Of a DNA stretch of 49,904 bases, positions 39,136 through 49,904 are shown piece by piece. A program made the translations under genes and the position numbers. Each line of letters opens with the position of its first letter. Positions within the stretch are counted from its first letter, which is position 1. The notes beneath the pieces were generated by a model. The model searched no databases and was not told the origin of the DNA. It worked only from the letters and a program-made list of their open reading frames with translations. The DNA is from Octopus sinensis (Eukaryota), in assembly GCF_006345805.1 (NCBI RefSeq), contig NW_021834299.1, positions 1 through 49,904 of the forward strand. Reading direction: 5' to 3'.

Positions 39136-40639
39136 GTAGTCTTGCTACTATATTTAGTAACCACAATAAAAAAAATTATTGACGACAATCAATAAAATAT
39201 GACATCAAGAGAAATGAAAATTATATTTTTAAAAAAATAAGAACAAAAGTTATGAAAAGAAAAACGGGGCAAAAACAGTAAAAAAGAAAACATCCAGAAG
39301 ACATTTTCATCATAAAACAACCGAAATAAAATAGCATTGTCAACATCAATAACAACAACAACAGCAACAATAACAACAACGAATCAAATATGGCGTCGAA
39401 ATTAAAAACTCCAGTAACAACAACAGAAGCAGAAGCAAAATCAAAAACAGAATACAAAAAGAACACTAGAAACAACTACAAGCAAGAAGAAGAAGAAGAA
39501 GATTGAGATGAAGTCCACAACAATAACAAAATCTACAACAAAATCCGCAAGCTCGCTTTTGGGGTTCGATCTCATTGCGCATCACTTTGGGCGAATGTGT
39601 CCTCTGTTGTAGCCACGACTAGGCCAGCGTCTTGTGAGTGGACGGAAACTGTATGGAATCCTGTCGTGTTTATATAGGTAGTACGTACGTATATGCATAC
39701 ATGCATGCATGAATACATACATACATGCATGTATACATACATATATACATGCATTCATACATACATACGTAAATATATACATACATACATGCATGCATGC
39801 ATGCATACATATATAAACACATACACACATGCATACGTACATACCTACATACATGCATTCATACATACATACATAAATATATACATACATGCGTGCATAC
39901 ATACATACATATATAAACACATATACACATACATACGTACATACCTACATACATCCATTCATATATACGTACATAAATATATACATACATGCATACATAC
40001 ATGCATGCATACATACATATATAAACAAACATACACACATATATACATACATACATACAAATATACATACATAGTACATACCTACATGCATGCATTCATA
40101 CATACATCAATATAGACATACGCACTTAATATACATATATGTGTGTATGTGTGTGTATGTATATAAATATATATATAAAGAGAGTATATATTTATGAGTG
40201 TGCATGTATATGTGTGTGTGTGTGTGTGTGTGTCTATGTATGTGTGTAAGGAGAGGAGAGAAAAGAAAAAGGAAGAAGAAATTGGAAGAAAGAAGAGTGA
40301 TAATGTGGACGAGTGATCCACATAATCTCCACTGATAGCCGAGTCCGTAAAAGGAGCTTACTATGGATTTGGCTATCACTGGCAATTGAGGATCGCTAGT
40401 TATTCTCCAAATCATCCCTCTTTTTCCTTCCAACTATATGTTTTCGCTTTCTTCTTCTTCTTCTTCTTCTTCTTCTTCTTCTTCTTCTTCTTCTTCTTCT
40501 TCTTCTCTTCTTCTTCTTCTTCTTCTTCTTCTTCTTCTTCTTTATTTCAGGATGTTTTGCCAATAGAGAAAGAACCGGTTTCTAACCTAGATCCAAGGCT
40601 CCTTCATTGGAATTTCAACATCGTATGTATGCATGCTGC

Positions 40640-40960
40640 ATTTTATGTGTGTGGTTTGTGGGCTGAGATATTTGAGTCGTGCAGGCCTGGTGAGCCATCA
40701 AAATTCTCATAAAAATCGACCCATGATAAATAATGATGTGGCTGTTAAAATTCATAGCAGAACAGGTGTAAAATGTGGAAAGGTGTGCCTCTCAGTTGGA
40801 GGTCTAAAAAAGACATGTTAACAGAGTGCATGTGGTGGCACCTGTTTCTCCTGCCAGCTGGCACACTTGTCTACTATGTAATAAAATGTGTAAAAGCTTG
40901 ACCGGGCTTAAATGTCATATAAGGGCATCACATGGCCACAATCATGAATCATTTCAGTAA
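40640..40960 (+). mobile_element. RTE-type C-terminal C2H2-like tail fragment
   Basis: CVVCGLRYLSRAGLVSHQNSH, CGKVCLSVGGLKK and CLLCNKMCKSLTGLKCHIRASH; similar to the tail at 10917-11180. Confidence 0.6.
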
Positions 40961-41059
40961 GTCTTCTTGGCAATGGCTTTTCTCGTGTAACGAGGATGCA
41001 GCTGTGATGGATGTGTGTAATTCAAATAACAAAATACCTTTTGTTTAGCTCTCCAGCAA

Positions 41060-41460
41060 TGTCCCGCAAAATGCAAACGCCTTTTCCTTATAAAGGCGAA
41101 AACAGGCTGGAAATTTCCATACAGCTGTTTCTTACTAGGATGAATTCTTCAGTATATGTTTGAGACTGCTCTTAACATTCGGATGTAAGTTCCATCTAGC
41201 GTGGATTCCAGTTTTTTGGTAAGCATCCAGGCTGTTGTTCCTTATAAAAGACTGACTCTACTGTTGCTCTGAAAAAATCCCTAAGGTTGTCTAACGGGGT
41301 TGATTTCCAGTCAATATCCTGTTTGTTAAGGGTCGACCATGCTTTGGCTGTCCGAGTTTTTACATCCTTTTCAATGATCAGTTTTCTTTCCCTTAGGAAT
41401 TACGAATGTTTGCTTCTCATTGACTCATTCAACTGAGTTCTTCTGCTCCATCCCTATCGC
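41060..41460 (-). mobile_element. Decayed RTE/RTE-X-like LINE fragment (post-RT region)
   Basis: KDVKTRTAKAWSTLNK...WKS...FFRATVESV...AWMLTKKLESTLDGTYIRMLRAVSNI. Confidence 0.7.
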
Positions 41461-41928
41461 ATTAAACATAAAAGAATAATTCACTGGATGGTGTAATCTT
41501 AAGTACACTGAGTCTAAAATACAAATGAAGATGCGATAGGGATAATCATGGTTCAAACGCCTTTGATCACAGCTTTATCATCAATGAGAAGACTGGGCGC
41601 CGAACAAAGCAATGACAATCTTAAACAGAGCATTCCACCCCTGCTGTATTTCGACATAAATACCAGTCCTTCCCTTGGTTTCATTAAATCGCCAATACCT
41701 CAATCCCAACATTGGTACGAGCCAGGTACTGTGCTTCCTTTAATCGTTAACCCACGCATGTCTGCTTCAGCTCCTATGCGAATACCAGTCATTTACTGAG
41801 CTTGAGTCAACTGCCAGCAACAATCACTTCAGCTCCATTTTTTTCAGACAATACAAAGTTATGTCATCTTGAGCCACTAATAAAATGCATTAACGATATT
41901 ACATCCCATGCGTCGACTTTGATTTCAG

Positions 41929-42400
41929 ACATACTGTCACTAGAGCCGATCTCGCTGTTTCGACAGTGAACAGCCATTTTGTTTTTTTGTTGTTGTTTTT
42001 TTCTACATCGGCCATTTTAATCCTTGGTAAACGCTTAAAGCCACTCACTGACGTTATCATGTGTGGCAAACAGCAACCAATTTGTTTCCTATATACGTTA
42101 GTTTTGGCCACCATTGTTGTTGCTATTGCTCTTCTCGTTGCTTTGCTAGGTCTTGTTGTTGTTATTCATATTCTTGTTCATGTTAATGTCGTTCTCCTTC
42201 TTTTTCTTCTTCTTCTTCTTCTTCTTCTTCTTCTTCTTGTACTTCTTGCTTATGCTGTCGGCCGTTTTATCGAAGTAAACGCTTCTACACTGTGATATCC
42301 TGATATCTCGACACAGCGAGACATCTGATTGGCTGTCAGATATGTCATTTTGTCACCGTAATGCATCGGACGTTGCGACATCACGTGCTTGGTTGCGTTA
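41929..42400 (-). promoter_or_regulatory. Candidate promoter and first exon of a minus-strand gene
   Basis: E-box CACGTG (42382), NF-Y-type cagCCAATcag (42325-42335), two aaaATGGC YY1/Kozak-like motifs (ATG at 42015 and 41977) and donor-like ACA|GTATGT (41934); locally CpG-richer unique sequence. Confidence 0.35.
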
Positions 42401-42580
42401 GCTTTATTCGTTTATTTATTTGTTTGTTTATTTATTTATCTTATTTTTATTTCTGTATTTTTTGACAGGGGACATTTTTACCGTAGGCAATATTTCCATT
42501 GCTGTAGAGGAAACTACATATATACACTTTGATATATATGTATATGTGTGCGACTGAGTGCATATGCATACATACATACA

Positions 42581-42614
<34 letters not shown>

Positions 42615-42874
42615 CATATATACATATATACATATATATATATAGTTATATATATATATATATATTATATATATATATAATATATATATATTGGTGTATG
42701 CATGTATATCATTTGTTTACATATATACAAATATTTATATGAATATATACGTATGTATATATATAATAATATATACGCATAAATGCATATGTACATGTAC
42801 CTACATGCACACACACACTCACTCAAGTAGGTGTATATACTCAGGTATTGGAAAGATGTGTGCATATGTATATG

Positions 42875-42931
<57 letters not shown>

Positions 42932-43033
42932 TATAATGGTAATATAATTCCACACACATGACTATGAATGAATGTGTGTGTTGTGTGCATATATATATAT
43001 ATATATATACATATATTTTATATACACACATAT

Positions 43034-43082
<49 letters not shown>

Positions 43083-43138
43083 TAACAGACATATACATTA
43101 ATAACACACACAGGATCGACTCACTAACACACATATAC

Positions 43139-43190
<52 letters not shown>

Positions 43191-43289
43191 AAATCATGAC
43201 TTTGTTTTAGGCATTGCGACTATATAGGCATGTCTACTTGAATTTTATCTGTGTGGGTGTGTCTGTCTGTGTGTATGTGTCCGTGTGTG

Positions 43290-43362
<73 letters not shown>

Positions 43363-43873
43363 TGTGTATGCGACCGTCCGTCCGTGTGTTTTGTGTGTGT
43401 GCTGTAACATGATAAAAGGAAAGACTGGCTAAGTGACTAGCGCGCTGTTTTGCTGGCTAGCTGTCTCTCCGGCGTGGTGTTTGTATGGATGGACGGAAGT
43501 ATGGAAACAAGCAGGGGAAGAGCGCTTGATAATTTTTCGTTCTATATGCAGATCTACATAAGCTTCGAGTTTGAATGCATCAGAACAGCACCTGTCTCTT
43601 TATGCAGTGACATTCAAACTGAAGTTGTAGGACGACAGCACAGAAGTATGGCGACATCACACACACACACAAACACACACAGACACACACACACACACAC
43701 ACACAGAGTCACACAGAGTCACACGAACATATGTATATATACATACACATACACAGACATGTATTTATATACACACAGTATGCGTAATGGGAATATATAT
43801 ATGTATATATATATATATGTATATATTATATCTATATATACATATATATATATACACGCACTTTATATACATA

Positions 43874-43931
<58 letters not shown>

Positions 43932-44226
43932 CACATATACACATGTATATATGTATATCTATATATACAAATATACAAATATGTATATATCTATATATAT
44001 ATATGTATGTATGTGCATGTAATTATGTGTATATGTATGTGTATAATATATATATTGATATATATATATATATATATATCTATATGATATATATATATAT
44101 AATATATATATATACAATATACATACATGTGTATTAAGCGTTTCTTCTGTGGACAATATAAACAACCATTTTTAACGACAATAACATCCATAATAAATCA
44201 TCACCATCATCGCACATCAGCATCCC

Positions 44227-44275
<49 letters not shown>

Positions 44276-44553
44276 TTCATCTTGATCATCGTCATCGCCA
44301 CTATCATCAGCTACATTGTGGCCATTACCACAATTATCGTCGCAGTGGTGGTGTTGTTGGTGGTGATGGTGATAGTAATGGTGGTGGTGGTGGTGGTTGT
44401 AGTGCTGCTGGTGTTGTTGCTGGTTGTCAATGTCGTTGTCATCATCATCATCATCATCAACATCGTAATTGTCGTCGTCGTACCAGTCTACATTGTAAAC
44501 GTTGTCGTCAACGTTTTTGTGATTATTTTTATCATCATTATTATTATTATTAT

Positions 44554-44585
<32 letters not shown>

Positions 44586-44682
44586 TCATTCATATAAATA
44601 TCCTCATTATTATTCGTATGCGATATTATATTTGTAATTGTGTGTTTGTACATCTAATCAGATCTGTGTATATATATATGTA

Positions 44683-44878
<196 letters not shown>

Positions 44879-45976
44879 CATATACATACATATATATATA
44901 TATTACATATACATATAATTCGTACATTTATTGTGTATCTATGCATATAGACACGCACACATGCCCATACGGATATATACATACGTGACAAACACATGTA
45001 TATGCTTCATATATAAATATGTATGTGTATATATGCATCTGTTTTAACACATGCTTCATTATGTATTTATGTTTATCTGTATTTATTTATGTGTGTGTGT
45101 GTGTGTATGTGTGTGAATGTGTGTGTTTGCGTGTGTAATCTTCCACTAATTATAAGATAGCTATAGACCATGTGGTAATGTTAAACCGAATAGAACGTTA
45201 AACCCTACACAAAAATGACCCACCGTTCAGGTGCCAGACTATAGTGTTAAGCAAGGCTGTGTTTTTGCTCGTTAGAAGCTAGAATTAAGCCGTGCTGTGT
45301 GTTAGTTTTACTGCACAAATGTAATCCCCCGTTGCCAGGATTCTGCTCACTGTCTGGAAATATTTGAAGATATTATACGAAATATTGCCAAGCAGCATTA
45401 TATACTTTTGACTACATTTATCATAGAGACAGAAAGAGAACAAAAACAAACAGACGTGAGGCAGACCCGAAGTGGAGTGTGTATGCCATTGATGAAGTCG
45501 CGAATGGCGTCGAAATGGCTTTGATAAATTAAATTGATTGATTGATTGACCGAATGATTAATCAAACACTTGATGTATTAATTGATTAAACAGTTAACTT
45601 ATTGTCAGGTAAAGAAGTGAACTATAACCTGTGTGTGTAAATTCTTGGTATACTAACCCTCCCGAAGTAATTTGTTTCACCTCACGAGTTTACATCAAGT
45701 ATCTTGCAAAACAAATGCAAAAATGAAATATTGTGAGGCGTTGTTGTAGAATGCTAGCGAGTATATCAGCGGTACTGATAAATTTAAAATCGGGGAAATG
45801 GAGGGAAAATTCGGCTTCGGCGAGATATTGTAACAAAAAAAAAACATTTAAGGGTTACCGATCCAATAATATCAAATGTAAATATTTATGGTTAGGTATG
45901 TTTCCATCTCAATTTTGGAACACACTGCAGAAAATCTCATATTTGCAATAATATATAGTTTGTTTTATTTCATCAG

Positions 45977-46091
45977 AGATGTTCTTCCCGGTACTGTTGC
46001 TAAACAGTCGACAGAATCGCCGACAAAGGCATCACGTTTGCACGATGGGACTAACACACCGCACGGTTCAATAACATCGCCAAAACCCTGA
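45977..46091 (+). CDS. Possible terminal coding exon (DVLPGTVAKQSTESPTKASRLHDGTNTPHGSITSPKP*); gene unknown
   Basis: Polypyrimidine tract plus acceptor tttgttttatttcatcag, followed by a GC-richer unique open frame. No homology recognised. Confidence 0.25.
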
Positions 46092-46095
46092 GTGA

Positions 46096-46441
46096 TTTTA
46101 GCGATCAAGTTAACATATTTTAGTGGTCAAGTTAACATTTTAGTGGTGAAGTTAACATGTTCTAGTGATCAAGTTAACATGTTTTAGTGATCAAGTTAAC
46201 ATGTTCTAGTGATCAAGTTAACATTTTAGCGATCAAGTTAACATATTTTAGTGGTCAAGTTAACATTTTAGTGGTGAAGTTAACATGTTCTAGTGATCAA
46301 GTTAACATGTTTTAGTGATCAAGTTAACATGTTCTAGTGATCAAGTTAACATATTCTAGCGATCAAGTTAACATATTTTAGTGATCACGTTAACATGCTT
46401 TAGCGATCAAGTGAACATGTTTTAGTGATCAAGTTAACATA
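46096..46441. repeat. 20-22-bp minisatellite (tttagtgatcaagttaacatg), 16 units, with a 128-bp higher-order duplication
   Basis: The six-unit variant pattern starting at 46101 recurs at 46229. Confidence 0.95.
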
Positions 46442-46809
46442 TTATTCCTCTTTCATAACACTGAAATGTCCTTATAGTTAGTTAAGTAGGCAATAGCCCT
46501 GTCTGGTTAAATACTTCTACCTGGACATTAGGTACCACATGGTGCTTGACTGACCTAATGCACTGTTTGGTTTAATGCTACCATATGGCACATGTAGACT
46601 GAATAACTTTGGAACTGGGCTTAACATACTGCCAGAGTTAACACCCCTACGTGATCTTTAGCGGTCTTTTGATGACTGGAAAAGTTGACGCAACACTAGG
46701 TTCAGGACCATCGCCCTTGTATTTAGAATTACTTGGACTTAGGTGGTCTCACGTTAGGTGAGGCAAGAGGTAGTCAAAGTTCTCCAGTAGGATCAGTCAG
46801 CAGCCACAT

Positions 46810-47220
46810 TTAATGCGTCATTCCACTGAAGTTCACCATCCAAAGATCTCTGTCGATCATCCCTCGGCAGTTTATCTCGGGTTATCCTCTGCACCATTGC
46901 CCTGGGTTCCACTTAAGGACTTTGTTAACGAGTCTGTTTATCGGGAATCTTACATGTCACAGCCAACTCAGTCGGCGTTTGCATATAATGATGGACGCTA
47001 GGCGTTAATCTGCTCCACTTCTGACCTCCTTCTTGTTGATAAACTCGTTCCATTTGATGCTAATATTTTCTAGGCTTAGCTGCTGTCAAAAACGACCAAT
47101 TTCTTTTCTTAGTTGGTTTTCCGGTGCCACGTTTCGAATTTAAGCGTTTACTCTATTGCAGGCGTTCTGACTGCATCACGGTTCCAAACCTATCAATGTA
47201 TTTTTCCACCATAGAGTGGA
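46810..47220 (-). mobile_element. Highly decayed RTE LINE 3' region
   Basis: IKWNEFINKKEVR...CKRRLSWL*HVRFPINRLVNKVLKWNPG...IDRDL. Confidence 0.6.
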
Positions 47221-47695
47221 ACAGTACCATCACCCACCACCTATCACCACCAATTTCACCAGTTTTATAAAGTTTAAAAATCTCATGAGCACTGTCTCTT
47301 CTTCAGCTTGGTTTAATTTAAATGTCACGTGATGCATAATGTTGGATGCATAGAATTTGTTTACATTCTAGAATAGCTTACCACTACTTCGTCTCGGTAT
47401 TCTTGGGAATAAAAGGAAGATGAAAACTGATACTGTGTTAAATAAAAATGAAACTAGCTGATATGATCCTCATCGCAACCTGTTGAAAAGCGTCCTCGTT
47501 GAACCCAATTATCTAAATACAATTTGGTATGATTTCGCCTGGGTATTCCTTTTTAGATTCGATTTTTTTTTAATATTACAACAGCGGAAATACTTTAGCA
47601 ATCAATATAAAGTGTGTCACGTGATTATGAGCTGCTTTTCGATATGGATGGGTGGATGAATGGATCGACTGATAGATAGATAGATAGATAGATAG

Positions 47696-47775
<80 letters not shown>

Positions 47776-47859
47776 GTTGGTTTTAATTATAAAACAACTT
47801 AACTTTGAAATTAAGAATTTCTAACCACTAAGCAACGCGCCATCCCTACATACATTCTA

Positions 47860-49037
47860 TCAGGTCATCCCATAAGTTCTGTCCGAATTTTCAATAAAGA
47901 TAACAAGTGATCAAATGTTATATGTAATTGAAATTTAATCATCAATGTACTTTCCCTGATTATCTATGACTTACTTCCAGCTATTTACAAGCTTTTTAAT
48001 CCCATCAATGTAAAACTCTTTTGGTTTCAAAGCGAAGAACTCTGAAATGTTAGTTACGACCTCCTCCTGATTTGCGAAAAATTATGTCCCCCAGATGATT
48101 CCGTAAACTACGAAACAAATGTCCTGATGATACGTCATTCCTTTTCGATTCACTAAAGCGGGCTTTTTTCTTCAAAACTTGGTTCAAATGCTCTAATTGT
48201 TGACAGTAGACTTGAGCATTGATTGTTGTATTAGGTGGTAACATTTCAAAATGAATTACTCCTTTGAAATCCCACCAGATAGAGAGAAGAACCTTTTTCC
48301 TATGAAGTTCCTTTCTCGGTTGTGGTTGAGCTTTTTCCTTTTTACCAAGCCACTGTTTACGACGTTTAACATTTCAATAAAAGATCCATTTTTCGTCACC
48401 AGTCACAAGTCTATCAATGATGGGTGAAATGAGTTCGCGAGAATGGAGAGAAGAGCAGATGGCAACTCGGGATTTGCGGTTGCTTTCGAACAATTCATGA
48501 GGCACCTATTTTCCAAGTCTAGCAACCTTTCCAAAATGTTAAAGATGACGATGACCAGTTGTATGGTTTAAACTAAGCTTTATTGCCAATTCTTCAACTG
48601 ATAATGCAGGATTTTCTTTAAGTAATGCCTCAAGGAGCTTATCATCAAACTCAACTGGACGTCCTGTTCGATCTTCACCTTCAAGGCTGAAATCTTCACT
48701 TCTAAATTTTGCACACCATCTTCTGCAAGTTCTTTCATTCAAGCATTCTTTCCCATAAACTGAGTGTATGTTTCGAGTCGTTTCGGCTGCAGAGTTTCCT
48801 TTTTTGTACTCATAAAGCATTATGTGCCTTAAATGCTCTTTGGGTATATCCATGTTAGAAAGGGTTTTAATCAAAGAAATTTTAATTCAATTATTCTGTA
48901 AAATAATATTTAATTAGTTTAAATATACACAAATGCATAAAAATAATTTTTAATTCCATTAAACATTCTAAAATACTATTAAATTTCATTCAATTTTAAA
49001 AGAGGCAAAATCGGACAGACCTTATGGGATGACCTCA
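47860..49037 (-). mobile_element. Mariner-family transposon, internally deleted
   Basis: ~30-bp TIRs TA|tcaggtcatcccataagttctgtccga and tcggacagaccttatgggatgacctca|TG. Confidence 0.93.
47935..48853 (-). pseudogene. Mariner transposase pseudogene
   Basis: HLRHIMLYEYKKGNSAAET, DRTGRP, (W>*)VPHEL, VTGDEKWIFY and HLFRSLRNHL; the HDNARPH-YSPDLAPSD segment is deleted. Confidence 0.92.
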
Positions 49038-49099
49038 TGTGTGTGTGTGTGTGTGTGTGAGTGTGTGTGTGTGTACATATGCATATATGGGTACTGGGC

Positions 49100-49460
49100 G
49101 TCACCAACGGTAAGTAACAGGAAATACGAAAACAAATGAGGGGTACAAGTCTGGGCGAAAAGTCACCACACTGGCGAACGCACAACCACCTAGGGTTGTT
49201 TTATGGAAGACCAACAGTCGCTCATGCATACCAACCTCTCCTCTCCACGCCACTATGTTATCCAAGGGAAAGGCATAGAGACCGATACAGCTTAGTACCA
49301 GTGATGACATTGCAACTCATTTCTACAGCTGAGTAAACTGGAGCAATGTGAAAATTATGTGTCTTGCTCAAGAACACAACACGCAGCCCGGTCCGGAAAT
49401 CGAAATTACAACTTCACAATCGTAAGTTCGATGCTCTAACCACTGAGCCTGCGCCTTCAC
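49100..49460 (-). mobile_element. SINE family E
   Basis: ggctcagtggttagagc A box and ttcgatttcc B box; matches 17668-18000. Confidence 0.85.
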
Positions 49461-49463
49461 TAT

Positions 49464-49658
<195 letters not shown>

Positions 49659-49904
49659 ATATATACATATAGGTAGGTTTTATATATATATATAAAGGAA
49701 ACTATTGCTAATGTCATGCACACGTAGACACAAATAAATCACAAGAACACGAAATCTCCGGCACACATTTGTAAATTTGCTCACACACACGCCACACACA
49801 TATATATACATACACACATTTGCGCATGCACACATGCTTATTTTAAACCGCACACATACACGCACACACACACGCCGACACGCACACACACACACACACA
49901 CACA

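Noticed and set aside
40640-40960. Host C2H2 zinc-finger gene
   Set aside because: Lacks TGEKP linkers, is frameshifted and resembles the RTE C-terminal tail at ~10917-11180.
46096-46441. CRISPR-like array
   Set aside because: Repeats are contiguous with no unique spacers, the context is eukaryotic and there are no cas genes.

Overview
Eukaryotic (not prokaryotic) AT-rich genomic DNA that is almost entirely microsatellites and interspersed repeats. The SINE families and microsatellite density resemble octopus/coleoid cephalopod DNA; this is an inference from recognition, not from a database search. No intact host gene is evident, and most ORF-track entries are translated (TA)n, (CA)n, (TAGA)n, (TACA)n or (CAT)n tracts. 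Recognisable elements: at least 5 tRNA-headed SINE families, several RTE-clade LINE fragments, an R4/Dong-like endonuclease relic, a full-length Tc1 (DD34E, IR/DR ends), a deleted mariner, a foldback MITE, a Helentron-type (HINE/DINE-1-like) element, one near-intact Naiad-type Penelope-like element (PLE) and one decayed PLE. The most notable system is non-coding. A ~2.85-kb insert between (TA)n tracts (12301-15141) consists of five head-to-tail copies of a ~472-bp unit plus an inverted partial copy, and every unit carries a type I hammerhead ribozyme (HHR) with a palindromic stem III. This is the architecture expected of a retrozyme/PLE-mobilised circular RNA. Several unrelated minimal HHR motifs occur elsewhere, some in short (TA)n-flanked inserts. 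Boundaries of decayed repeats are approximate; ribozyme folds were done by eye.
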